Assembly (NCBI GenBank): GCA_040772485.1
Contig: JAXGYC010000007.1
Coordinates: 608,001 to 672,000 of the forward strand
Origin: Sedimentisphaerales bacterium
GTDB lineage: Bacteria > Planctomycetota > Phycisphaerae > Sedimentisphaerales > Anaerobacaceae
DNA: 64,000 bases
Direction: 5' to 3'
The notes under the pieces are model-generated. The model was given only the letters and a program-made list of their open reading frames with translations, was not told the DNA's origin and made no database searches. This document shows positions 30,052 to 39,001 of the stretch, one piece after another (the stretch's first letter is position 1; every line of letters begins with the position of its first letter). The translations under genes and the position numbers were made by a program.

Positions 30052-30351
30052 TTACTTGGCGTCCTTGGACGGTTCCGGGTCGAACGTCTCGCGTTCGATG
30101 AAGGCACGCAGGGCGCCGACGGCCTCTTCGGCTCCGGGTCCCTGCGCGTGAATCTCCAGCGTCGTGCCAGGCCCGGCGGCCAGGCCGATCACGTGCATGA
30201 TGCTCTTGGCGTCGCCGAGCTCTGATCCGTTGCCGATGGCGATCTCGCAGTTGTATTGATTGGCCAGATCGACAAACTGCATGGCCGGGCGCATGTGAAG
30301 GCCGTTCTTGCTCTTGATCTGTACGGTGATCTGACAAACCGGATTGTCCAA
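30052..30351 (-). CDS. ptsH: HPr phosphocarrier protein
   Basis: NGLHMRPA and DAKSIM; TTG start after AGGAG (ATG at 30372 also possible). Confidence 0.9.
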   Translation of the reverse strand: MDNPVCQITVQIKSKNGLHMRPAMQFVDLANQYNCEIAIGNGSELGDAKSIMHVIGLAAGPGTTLEIHAQGPGAEEAVGALRAFIERETFDPEPSKDAK

Positions 30352-30415
30352 CGTTGCTTCTCCTGCCCACATGGCGATCCTCCTCGCCCCTATCCCGCCC
30401 GCCTTCCGAGTCGGG

Positions 30416-30889
30416 TCACCACGATGGGTTCTCGTCGGCCTCTTTCAAGAGGTCTTCAAAGGCCTCCGGCGTACGGCTCTGGCGCAGGAACTTGCGGAAC
30501 TTCTCCTTTTGCAGATGCCGGAAGATATTCTCCATCGCCTGGAGGTGTCGGTCGGCATTGTCCGGCGGGCTGATCAGCAGAATCACCGAATAGACCGGCT
30601 GCTCGTCCAGCGACGAGAAGTCGATCCCCGTGTCCGTCTGTCCGATCACCGCGACAACGTCGCGAACCGCCGGGTGCTTGACGTGCGGAATCGCCACGCC
30701 CTTGCCCATCCCGGTGCTCGCCTCGTTTTCTCTCTTGATCACCGCCTTGGCCACTTCGGCGGCCGATTCCGCCGGCAGCTTGCCCGCCTTGACCAGTGAC
30801 GAAACCAGCTCGGTGATGGCCCCGTTACGGTCGTGGGCCACCAACACCGGTATCGTGGCCTCGAAACACACAAAATCTTGAAACTTCAT
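30416..30889 (-). CDS. PTS IIA (Ntr/Fru-type) protein
   Basis: KRENEASTGMGKGVAIPH; lies between hpf and HPr. Confidence 0.9.
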   Translation of the reverse strand: MKFQDFVCFEATIPVLVAHDRNGAITELVSSLVKAGKLPAESAAEVAKAVIKRENEASTGMGKGVAIPHVKHPAVRDVVAVIGQTDTGIDFSSLDEQPVYSVILLISPPDNADRHLQAMENIFRHLQKEKFRKFLRQSRTPEAFEDLLKEADENPSW

Positions 30890-30971
30890 TCTTCGCGTCC
30901 AGTCCTATTGTCCAGCCGTCATCTGTCTGTCGCCCTTCGGGGGCCCGACAGGTCCCGTTCCGGGCCGCCGT

Positions 30972-31298
30972 CTACGCCGGCTCGAACCCGCCTCCCGTGT
31001 GCTTGTTGTTCCGTTCCTTGGTCTTCTTGCGTCGCAACTGCTCCTCCAGCTTGCGAACCGCCGCGTCGATGCCCTTCAGGGCGTCCTCGGCCACCTCCGT
31101 GGCGACGAACACGTTGCTGTGCTCGCCCCTGGCAATGATTTCGACGCTGACCTTGCCCGCGGTCGCGTCGCCGTCGACGAGAACCTCCACCTGACTGACC
31201 GTGCTGTAGAATCTCGGCAGTCGCCCCGTTTTCTCCTCCGCGTACGCCTTGATCGCGTCGGTGATCGTGATGTGCTTGCCCGTGATTTTGAAAACCAA
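30972..31298 (-). CDS. hpf: Ribosome hibernation factor HPF/RaiA, short form
   Basis: ITGKHITITDAIKAYAEEK...IDAAVRKLEEQLRRKK; TTG start after AAGGAG. Confidence 0.9.
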   Translation of the reverse strand: MVFKITGKHITITDAIKAYAEEKTGRLPRFYSTVSQVEVLVDGDATAGKVSVEIIARGEHSNVFVATEVAEDALKGIDAAVRKLEEQLRRKKTKERNNKHTGGGFEPA

Positions 31299-31332
31299 TG
31301 CTCGTCTCCTTAATCAGCCATGATCCCCATTC

Positions 31333-32055
31333 TTACTGTTCCTGCGGCCGCTCCGTGTACGCGCGCGGCAACGCCACCGCCTCCTGACGGTCCGGGGCGA
31401 TAACACCGGCGCTGATGGCGAACCGGAACGCCTCCTCGATCGTCATGTCCAGAGCGATCGTCTGCTCCTTCGGCACCACAATCACGTAGCCGGTCACCGG
31501 GGTCGGTGAATTCGGGACCAGCACCGTCAGAAACTCCTTCTGCACGCTCTGCGTGATCCGCGCCAGGCCCGAACCCGTCACAAACCCGATCGACCAGAGG
31601 CCCTTGCGCGGGTATTCCACCGCCACCACGCGCGAGAACATCTTCTGCTTTTCTTCCTGCGTCAATACAAAATCGGTCACCTGCTTGACATAGGGGTACA
31701 CCCGCCGCAGGACGGGCGTGTTCATGATGAACACCTCGACCAGCCGCCACAGCGCCCGGCCCACCACGCTGGCCAGCAGCGCCCCGACGACGAAGACCAC
31801 CAGCAGCGCGATGATGAAGCCCACCGCCGAACCGGCCATCCCGTCGACGAAGATCCTCGTCAGGTCCTCGCGGGTGAGCCCGTGTTCGCCCTGAAACTGA
31901 AGGATGACCCAGACCAGGCCGCGGTTGATGTAGATGCTGACATTGTTTTTGATGACGCCATAACCCCATACGAGGATCCAAATCGTCAGCAACGTCGGCA
32001 GCAGAACCGCCAACCCGCGGAGGAAGTAGCTCTTGAATCGTTTGGTTATGCCCAT
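31333..32055 (-). CDS. DUF502 membrane protein
   Basis: FLRGLAVLLP, VEYPRKGLWSIGFVT, VPNSPTPVTGY, ISAGV. Confidence 0.9.
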   Translation of the reverse strand: MGITKRFKSYFLRGLAVLLPTLLTIWILVWGYGVIKNNVSIYINRGLVWVILQFQGEHGLTREDLTRIFVDGMAGSAVGFIIALLVVFVVGALLASVVGRALWRLVEVFIMNTPVLRRVYPYVKQVTDFVLTQEEKQKMFSRVVAVEYPRKGLWSIGFVTGSGLARITQSVQKEFLTVLVPNSPTPVTGYVIVVPKEQTIALDMTIEEAFRFAISAGVIAPDRQEAVALPRAYTERPQEQ

Positions 32056-32144
32056 TCCGCTACAACAGCCCTTCGCCGCCGTCAGGAAGGCCCCATCCCA
32101 GACGTCGGGCGACCGGAAAGCCGCATCTATCCAACGCGTATAGC

Positions 32145-33191
32145 CTAATTTGCGCCATTTTGGCCGTCAACTAAAAACTGGCTGGGCAGATGGCCGCCGA
32201 GCAAATGGACCATCCCGCCGGGCAGCGAAGCCAGCACCCAGACGGACCTCTGACAGAACGCCAGCGCCAGGGCGCTTTCCCGCGTCGCGGCGGTCAGCGA
32301 GGTAAACAGAGTCACAAGGCCCGCCTCCAGCACGCCCAGCCCGGCGATGCTGACGGGAATGGCCCCGATCACCCAGGTGATGGGGAAGATTACGAAGTAG
32401 TATTTGGGTCCGGCTTCGAGACCGAGGTTACGGCCCAGCAGCCAGAACGCCGCGATCACGATGCTCTGGCCCAGCAGCGTCAGCAGCATCGCCGCGGCCA
32501 TCGTCCAGGGCTTGCGGCAGTAGACCACCAGGGCGGCCCAGACCCTGCCGAGCATCTGGGCGCTACGGCCCCAGAGCTGCCCGCCGGCCCGCTGGAGCCG
32601 CCTCCGGCTGCCCGGATGGACCAGCAGCGCCGCCAGCAGAACCGCTCCAATCGCCAGGATCCACAGAATCGCCCCGTGCGACGATGCGACGCCCTGCTCG
32701 ACCGCTTCGGCCGGCCCTGCTTCCGCTGCCAGTGGCCGGCCCCGGAGGAACAGCAGGTAGGCCACCAGCGCCATCAGCATCATGCCGGCCAAGCCCACCA
32801 GCCGGTCGATGAATACGCTCAGAACCCCTTCGAGCCTCCGATGCGTATGCTTGGTCACGTAGTACGCCTTCAGCAGGTCGCCCCCCACCGAGCTGGGCAT
32901 GACATTGTTGTAGAACAGCCCGACGAAATACAGCCTTACCGCCGCGATGACGCCGATGTGGATCGACTGCGCCCGCAGCAGCAGCCACCAGCGGAACGCC
33001 ACCACGATCTGTCCGATAATGTAGGCGGCCAGGCTCAGCGCGAAGTATCCCCAGCTCAACCGGCTGAAAACCTCTCGCAGTTTCTCCCAATCCTGGCCGC
33101 GAAAGACCCATACTATCGCGAGCGTCGCCACCACGATGCGTGCGACCAGCGATAGATGCCGGGTCTTCCTGGCGTCCTGTGCCTTTGGCAA
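32145..33191 (-). CDS. Lysylphosphatidylglycerol synthase TM / UPF0104 flippase-like protein
   Basis: RWWLLL, FYNNVMPSSVGGDLLK, IPVSIAGLGVLE; TTG start after GGAGG. Confidence 0.88.
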   Translation of the reverse strand: MPKAQDARKTRHLSLVARIVVATLAIVWVFRGQDWEKLREVFSRLSWGYFALSLAAYIIGQIVVAFRWWLLLRAQSIHIGVIAAVRLYFVGLFYNNVMPSSVGGDLLKAYYVTKHTHRRLEGVLSVFIDRLVGLAGMMLMALVAYLLFLRGRPLAAEAGPAEAVEQGVASSHGAILWILAIGAVLLAALLVHPGSRRRLQRAGGQLWGRSAQMLGRVWAALVVYCRKPWTMAAAMLLTLLGQSIVIAAFWLLGRNLGLEAGPKYYFVIFPITWVIGAIPVSIAGLGVLEAGLVTLFTSLTAATRESALALAFCQRSVWVLASLPGGMVHLLGGHLPSQFLVDGQNGAN

Positions 33192-33284
33192 CTTCTGCCT
33201 CCCAAAAGCGCGTTCCACCAAATCATAGCGACTAAAACCGGACGTGACAAGACGTTGCCGCCGATTCCCCCTGGCCGTGTGCCT

Positions 33285-33358
33285 GTAGGGGCGAGGCATG
33301 CCTCGCCCCCACCGACTGCGCGCGGTCTGCCCGTTCGCAGTGTGCCCGTAAGGGCATA
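33285..33358. repeat. Two REP-like palindromes upstream of the prepilin array
   Basis: GTAGGGGCGAGGCATGCCTCGCCCC at 33285 and AGTGTGCCCGTAAGGGCATA at 33339. Confidence 0.75.
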
Positions 33359-33471
33359 GGCAGGCTGAGAACCGAGTGAATAGCCCGCCGCGGCGGGCCA
33401 CTACGAACAACTTCATTTTCTCGTTTTTTCGCAGAAATCCCGTCACGCGGACCGCACTCGCTGGACTTCTA

Positions 33472-33480
33472 TGGTAGAAT
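33472..33480 (+). promoter_or_regulatory. Putative extended -10 (TGGTAGAAT) for the prepilin array
   Basis: TGn-TAGAAT about 20 nt before the GGAGG-preceded ATG at 33502. Confidence 0.45.
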
Positions 33481-33501
33481 GCCACCAGCGGGAGGCATGG
33501 C

Positions 33502-34512
33502 ATGGAGACCGAAAGCGAAAGATGCCATCGCAAACGTAGCCCGACGAGCCGGACGCGCAGTCTTCGTGCGCCCATATCGTGCGTCTCAACTGACCCGCCT
33601 CGCGCAATCATCAATAATCAATCATCAACAATCAATCCCCACGCGCTCATATCGTGCGCCCCTGACGATCCGCGCCGCCCAATCATCAATAATCAATCAT
33701 CAATAATCCATTCCCACGCCTTCACCCTGATCGAGCTGCTGGTTGTCATCGCGGTGATCGCGCTGCTGCTGGCACTGCTGTTTCCGGCTCTCCAGGGGGT
33801 CCGCAAGCGTGCCAACGCGGTGGTATGTCAGGCGAGACTGCGCGAGGCCGGCCTGATCCTGGCCCTGTACGCGCAGGAGAACAACGGGATACTGCCCCAC
33901 CATTACGGCGGCATCGTCGATCCCACCCAAATCTCGTCAAGACCGCCTTTCGACAAGAACCCGGAATTGGGTCTGTGTCCCTCAGCGCCACGACCACTGC
34001 CGGGCGAACAGTTGCCTTGGGGTGGCCCGTTCGCGGCCTACTGCGTCGAAATCAGCATTGGAGACTACCAGGTTGGATACACATGGCCCGAGTCCCTCCT
34101 TCACTGGCGCAGCTACGGCCTCAACCGCTGGACCGCGAGCATTCCATCGTCCAGAGGAGGCCCGATCTGTCTCAATGGCCCTACCTGGGGCGCGACGGAC
34201 GTCAAAGGAGCATCGAACGTCCCGGTCGTGCTCGACTGCACGTGGCAAGTCGTCTATCCCTACGACGATGACGGTCCGCCGCCGTATGAGGGCCACATCG
34301 TCGAGGACCAGATGTCGACGGTCTGCATCGACCGCCACCAAGGCGGAATCAATGCCGCGTTCCTGGACTTCTCCGTTCGCAAGGTCGGTCTCAAGGAACT
34401 CTGGACTCTCAAGTGGAGCCGCACTTTCGACACCGCCGGACCGTGGACCAAGACCGGAGGCGTTCTGCCCGAGGATTGGCCGAAATGGATGCGAAAGTAC
34501 AGGGACTATTGA
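33502..34512 (+). CDS. Prepilin-type (DUF1559-like) protein, array gene 1; 73-aa repeat-derived leader
   Basis: [15 protein letters not shown] at 33721; CIDRHQGGINAAFLDFSV; tail GPWTKTGGVLPEDWPKWMRKYRDY. Confidence 0.88.
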   Translation: METESERCHRKRSPTSRTRSLRAPISCVSTDPPRAIINNQSSTINPHALISCAPDDPRRPIINNQSSIIHSHAFTLIELLVVIAVIALLLALLFPALQGVRKRANAVVCQARLREAGLILALYAQENNGILPHHYGGIVDPTQISSRPPFDKNPELGLCPSAPRPLPGEQLPWGGPFAAYCVEISIGDYQVGYTWPESLLHWRSYGLNRWTASIPSSRGGPICLNGPTWGATDVKGASNVPVVLDCTWQVVYPYDDDGPPPYEGHIVEDQMSTVCIDRHQGGINAAFLDFSVRKVGLKELWTLKWSRTFDTAGPWTKTGGVLPEDWPKWMRKYRDY

Positions 34513-34579
34513 AAGGCCGTATCTCGTTGCTCGTATCTCGTGAAGCGTGAAGCGTTAAGCGTGAAGCGATTGGCAGGGA

Positions 34580-35755
34580 GTGGACAAGATGAACGGTTGC
34601 GATTCGATCATTCCGACCGCAAGGGCACCGAGCCCACGACTCTGTCATTCCGAGCCCATTCGGGTCCCTCAGGGCAGGCTGCGTCGAGGAATCCGGCTGC
34701 GAACCAGGAGCGCGTCCGGGCTCTGGGCAGATCCCTCGACTCCGCGTTGCTCCGCTCGGGATGACAGAAGGGGAAAGGGACCCGCTCCGCACGATAAGAC
34801 CGCATGGAGCCGCAATAGACGCGAAACAAATCCCAACCGCAGGCCGCTCGACATCGCCCGCCGACGCACCCCAATCATCAATAATCAATCATCAATAATC
34901 AACTCCCACGCTTTCACACTGATCGAGCTGCTGGTGGTCATTGCGGTCATTGCGCTGCTGATGGCGATCCTGATCCCGGCCCTGCAGCGGGCCCGGCGGC
35001 AGGCGCGCACCGTGGTTTGCCAGTCGAACTTGCGACAGTGGGCCATGACGCTGTCCGCCTACACCGAAGAACACAACGGGCACTTCCCTTCCAGCGGGAA
35101 CCCCAACAACGGTATCTGGATGCTGCGCGGCACATTCATCGGCGACGAAGACCCCAATGCCGACCACGCGGCGTTTCACGGCTTCACCACGAGGAGAATC
35201 GCGTTGTGTCCGGCGGCTACCAAGCCGTTTCGCAACGGCACGTTCCGGATCTCGCAGAGTGGGACCGAGGGAACCTGGCGAATAGAAGGCGAAGCCGGAT
35301 CGTCGACCGACGCCTGGCAGGTCCTTGTCCCGGGCCCGCCGTTCGTGGGCAGCTACGGGTACAACGGCAGTCTCTTCCACGGGTTCACCGCCATGGAGCA
35401 GCCCCGAATGCGGTTAGGGAAGGTCTTTTTCAACGTCCTGTCGATGCGAGGCCTCGCGAGTATCCCCGTCATGCTGGATTCGATCACACCCATGTCCGAC
35501 CCCTTCATTTCCATGTCTCCCCCCATGGGCGACGGACGTCACGGCGGCGCCGGCCTGAACAGATACTGCATAGACCGGCATGGCCTGGCCGTCAACGGGA
35601 TGTTCCTTGACTGGTCCGTCCGCAAGGTCGGGCTCAAGGAGCTTTGGGTCCTGAATTGGGCGTACGATTTCGACCGCGCGGGCCCCTATACCAAAGCCGG
35701 CGGCGTCCAGCCTGACGACTGGCCGCAGTGGATGAGAAAGTGCAAGGACTATTAG
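34580..35755 (+). CDS. Prepilin-type protein, array gene 2; 108-111 aa leader
   Basis: HA-FTLIELL at 34913; DRHGLAVNGMFLDWSV; conserved W-rich tail; ATG at 34589 is an alternative start. Confidence 0.88.
   Translation: MDKMNGCDSIIPTARAPSPRLCHSEPIRVPQGRLRRGIRLRTRSASGLWADPSTPRCSARDDRRGKGPAPHDKTAWSRNRRETNPNRRPLDIARRRTPIINNQSSIINSHAFTLIELLVVIAVIALLMAILIPALQRARRQARTVVCQSNLRQWAMTLSAYTEEHNGHFPSSGNPNNGIWMLRGTFIGDEDPNADHAAFHGFTTRRIALCPAATKPFRNGTFRISQSGTEGTWRIEGEAGSSTDAWQVLVPGPPFVGSYGYNGSLFHGFTAMEQPRMRLGKVFFNVLSMRGLASIPVMLDSITPMSDPFISMSPPMGDGRHGGAGLNRYCIDRHGLAVNGMFLDWSVRKVGLKELWVLNWAYDFDRAGPYTKAGGVQPDDWPQWMRKCKDY
34643..34766. repeat. REPIN-like element TGTCATTCCGAGC...GCTCGGGATGACA in the gene 2 leader, with nested insert
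   Basis: Terminal inverted repeats; homologous to 35856, 36934, 38018 and 39056. Confidence 0.8.
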
Positions 35756-35801
35756 AGCGTCGCTCGTCCCTCCTCGCTCGTATCTCGCAGGAGCAGACAG
35801 A

Positions 35802-36827
35802 ATGGTTGGTGGTCCGATCAACACTTCGACTATGAATCGCGCTCGATCACGACATTGTCATCCCGAGCGCAGTCGAGGGATCTGGCTGCGAACAGAGCGC
35901 ACGTCTCAGCTAAGGCCAGACCTTTCGACTTCGCTGCGCTTCGCTCAAGGTGACAAACGGGGGCGTGGCTACGCCTTTACCTTGATCGAACTGCTGGTGG
36001 TCATTGCGGTGATCGCGCTGCTGATGGCGATCCTGATCCCGGCGCTGCACCGGGCGCGAAATCAGGCGAGGACCGTGGTTTGCCAGTCGAACTTGCGACA
36101 GTGGGCGATGACTCTGGGCGCTTACACCCAGGCTTGCGAGGGCCGTTTTCCCTCCGTCGCACACGGTTGGGGCGTTCTGTGGCTGTTGCGCGGGACTTTC
36201 ATCGGCGACAGCGACCCTAACGCGAATCACGCGGAGCTCCACGGCTTCCACACGAGAGGCATCGCGTTATGCCCCATGGCGAGCCGGCCCCGACCGGACG
36301 ATCCCAATAGTGGCGGGTTTGTCATATCCGACACTACCCCCAGTATGTCGTGGCGCATAAGGGGAGATAACGGGACGTCCACCGAGGCATGGCAGATTCT
36401 CACGCCGGAGCCGCGATTTGCGGGCAGTTACGGATACAACAGCGCCCTGTTGAGGGCGTTTCGCATCGAGCGCGATCCGCGCCCTGACGAGCCCCCCGAG
36501 TTGAACATCTTCTTGCTCCGAGAGCACGCGAGCATTCCCGTGCTGCTCGATGCGAGGTGGCCATTGCCCGCGATAGACAGCGCCTATGCCATCGGTGCCC
36601 GCGGCTGGGGAGGCGGGCTCCCGGGCCTGGGCGGTTTCCTCATGGACCGACACGGCAGAGAGACCAACGGCATGTTCCTCGACTGGTCTGTCCGCCGCGT
36701 CGGCCTCAAGGAACTCTATACCCTCAAGTGGGCCTCCGACTTCAACCGGGCGAACCGCTGGATGAAGGCCGGGGGCGTCCAGCCCGACGACTGGCCCAAA
36801 TGGATGAGAGAGTGCAAGGACTACTGA
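35802..36827 (+). CDS. Prepilin-type protein, array gene 3; 58-aa leader
   Basis: [17 protein letters not shown] at 35976; DRHGRETNGMFLDWSV; conserved tail. Confidence 0.88.
   Translation: MVGGPINTSTMNRARSRHCHPERSRGIWLRTERTSQLRPDLSTSLRFAQGDKRGRGYAFTLIELLVVIAVIALLMAILIPALHRARNQARTVVCQSNLRQWAMTLGAYTQACEGRFPSVAHGWGVLWLLRGTFIGDSDPNANHAELHGFHTRGIALCPMASRPRPDDPNSGGFVISDTTPSMSWRIRGDNGTSTEAWQILTPEPRFAGSYGYNSALLRAFRIERDPRPDEPPELNIFLLREHASIPVLLDARWPLPAIDSAYAIGARGWGGGLPGLGGFLMDRHGRETNGMFLDWSVRRVGLKELYTLKWASDFNRANRWMKAGGVQPDDWPKWMRECKDY
35856..35955. repeat. 100-bp REPIN-like element in the gene 3 leader
   Basis: TGTCATCCCGAGCGCAGTCGAGGGATCTGG...CCAGACCTTTCGACTTCGCTGCGCTTCGCTCAAGGTGACA; near-identical at 36934..37033 and 39056..39155. 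Confidence 0.85.
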
Positions 36828-36879
36828 CGCGTAACTCGTGAAGCGTGAAGCGCGAAGCGATTGGATGGAAGTGGACAAG

Positions 36880-37896
36880 ATGAACGGTTGCGATTCTGTC
36901 ATTCCGACCGCAGGGCCGCCGAGCCCGCGACTCTGTCATCCCGAGCGCAGTCGAGGGATCTGGCTGCGAACAGAGCGCATGTCTCAGCCAAGGCCAGACC
37001 TTTCGACTTCGCTGCGCTTCGCTCAAGGTGACAAACGGGGACGCGGCTACGCCTTTACGCTAATCAAATTGCTGGTGGTCATCGCCGTCGTTGCCCTGCT
37101 GATGGCGATTTTGATCCCGACTTTGCATCGCGCGAGGAATCAGGCGAGAGGCGCGGTCTGCCAGTCCAATCTGCGCCAGTGGGCGATGACCCTGGCCACC
37201 TACACCGATGACCACGATGGACGCTTTCCTTCCGATCTGGGCGGCATGGGGGGCATGTGGTTGCTGCGCGGCACCTTCCTACCCGCCGACGACCCCAACG
37301 TCGATGGAGCGGCCTACCATCACTTCCATACGAAAGGCATCGCGCTGTGCCCGATGGCCACCAAACCAACGGGCGAGGGCGGTTGGGGCGCTGTCGGCGG
37401 CGGCGATGCGATCCCGTACCGCCTGGAGGGCAGCAGCGGGTCTTCGACTGCTGCCTGGGAGATCACCAGTCCGCCTCCGCCATTTCGCGGCAGCTATGGA
37501 TACAACACTTATCTGATGCAAGGCTTCGCGATCCGTATGTCGTTGTCGATGATCGTTTATGGCATCGACTTTAACGTCCATGCCGCGCGAGGTCGGGCGG
37601 ACATCCCCGTCCTGTTGGATTCGACCAGCCCCTGGGCGCGCCCGCGCGATAGCGAGCCGCCGACGCTCCGCCCGGGCGGGGGTGGCGGCGGCGGCCTGAA
37701 CTGTTTTCTCATGGATCGCCATGGCCGCCACGTCAACGGCATGTTCCTCGACTGGTCGGTGCGTCCCGTCGGCCTCAAAGAGCTCTGGACGCTGAAATGG
37801 GCCTCCGACTACGACAGAAACGGCCCCTGGACCAAGGCCGGCGGCGTCGACCCCGACCGCTGGCCCGCGTGGATGCGAGAGTGCAAGGACTACTGA
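36880..37896 (+). CDS. Prepilin-type protein, array gene 4; Lys instead of Glu at +5
   Basis: YA-FTLIKLLVV at 37054; DRHGRHVNGMFLDWSV; conserved tail; exact start uncertain. Confidence 0.85.
   Translation: MNGCDSVIPTAGPPSPRLCHPERSRGIWLRTERMSQPRPDLSTSLRFAQGDKRGRGYAFTLIKLLVVIAVVALLMAILIPTLHRARNQARGAVCQSNLRQWAMTLATYTDDHDGRFPSDLGGMGGMWLLRGTFLPADDPNVDGAAYHHFHTKGIALCPMATKPTGEGGWGAVGGGDAIPYRLEGSSGSSTAAWEITSPPPPFRGSYGYNTYLMQGFAIRMSLSMIVYGIDFNVHAARGRADIPVLLDSTSPWARPRDSEPPTLRPGGGGGGGLNCFLMDRHGRHVNGMFLDWSVRPVGLKELWTLKWASDYDRNGPWTKAGGVDPDRWPAWMRECKDY
36934..37033. repeat. 100-bp REPIN-like element in the gene 4 leader
   Basis: Near-identical to 35856..35955. Confidence 0.85.
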
Positions 37897-37953
37897 TGCG
37901 TGACTCGTGAAGCGTGACTCGTGAAGCGTGAAGCATGAAGCGATGGGCAGGGA

Positions 37954-39000
37954 GTGGACAACATGAGCCGTTGCGATTCGATCATTGCGACCGGAAGGGC
38001 GCCGAGCCCACGACCTGGTCATCCCGAGCGGAGCAACGCGGAGCCGAAGGATCTGGCCAGTGACGTGGCGCGCTTCTCATTCGCAGCCATCCCGATGGAC
38101 ATCGGGATCGACCGCGCTCGGGATGACACAGGAGGAAGGGGAACCGGTCTGCACGATACGGATCAAATCGCCCCAATCATCAATCGTCAATCATCAATGA
38201 TCCATTCCAGAGCCTTCACACTGATCGAGCTGCTGGTGGTCATCTCCATCATCGTGATGCTGATGGCGCTGCTGCTTCCCGTCCTGGGCCGTGCCAGACG
38301 GACTGCCAGGGCCGCCGTCTGCCTGTCCAGGCTCCATCAGTCGTCGCTGGCGTTCAAGATGTATACCGACACCAATGAAGGTCGGTGGTTTACGGCTGAC
38401 AAGGACGATGATGGGCGAACCGGCCCGCAGAACTGGCTGGGTCTGGTCGCGTCGTTCTGGGCCAATACGCCGGGCTGCATGGCCTGCCCGATGGCGACCA
38501 AGGGCTGGGATGGCCACTCCGACTACGATGCATTCACCGCCTGGGTCGCGCCGAATCAGTCTGCCGCCGCGATGGTCCGGGGCGAACCGGTTCGCGGTCC
38601 GGTCAGCTACGCCTTCAACAACCACGTTTCCTGTCCAGGTCCAGACGTGGCAACTGATCCGAGGAATCCGTACTGGGGGACCTGTGACGTGAAGGGAGCG
38701 GCGCATGTGCCGGTGTTGTTCGACTGCGCCGATGAGTCGGTATACACAACCGCACTGGTCGGCCCGAGGCCGACCGAAGCGCTGCCGATGAACGATCCGA
38801 GATGGCTGATGTGTATCGACCGCCACGATGGCGGGATCAACATGCTGTTCATGGACTGGTCCGTGCGCAGGGTGGGACTGAAGGAACTCTGGACGCTCAA
38901 GTGGCACCGCCAGTTCGACACCGCGGGACCGTGGACCAGGGCCGGCGGCGTGGAGCCCGAGGACTGGCCGCAGTGGATGCGCCGGTTCAAAGATTATTAG
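37954..39000 (+). CDS. Prepilin-type protein, array gene 5; 84-87 aa leader
   Basis: RA-FTLIELL at 38215; [18 protein letters not shown]; conserved tail. Confidence 0.88.
   Translation: MDNMSRCDSIIATGRAPSPRPGHPERSNAEPKDLASDVARFSFAAIPMDIGIDRARDDTGGRGTGLHDTDQIAPIINRQSSMIHSRAFTLIELLVVISIIVMLMALLLPVLGRARRTARAAVCLSRLHQSSLAFKMYTDTNEGRWFTADKDDDGRTGPQNWLGLVASFWANTPGCMACPMATKGWDGHSDYDAFTAWVAPNQSAAAMVRGEPVRGPVSYAFNNHVSCPGPDVATDPRNPYWGTCDVKGAAHVPVLFDCADESVYTTALVGPRPTEALPMNDPRWLMCIDRHDGGINMLFMDWSVRRVGLKELWTLKWHRQFDTAGPWTRAGGVEPEDWPQWMRRFKDY
38018..38127. repeat. REPIN-like element in the gene 5 leader with nested ATCCCGATGGACATCGGGAT palindrome
   Basis: GTCATCCCGAGCG...CGCTCGGGATGAC perfect 13-bp inverted ends; inner palindrome at 38089..38108. 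Confidence 0.8.
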
Positions 39001-39001
39001 G

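Noticed and set aside
30032..30370. N-terminal extension of enzyme I in the ORF track
   Set aside because: Overlaps HPr in another frame; EI similarity starts at MEIKKGIAVSPG (30031).
33192..33614. Long N-terminal extension of the flippase-like ORF (similarly for 8092..11841, 11829..13502, 24593..25708, 43775..44773)
   Set aside because: Better starts with RBS or signal peptides lie downstream, unlike the pilin array leaders, which have no SD-linked start near FTLIE.
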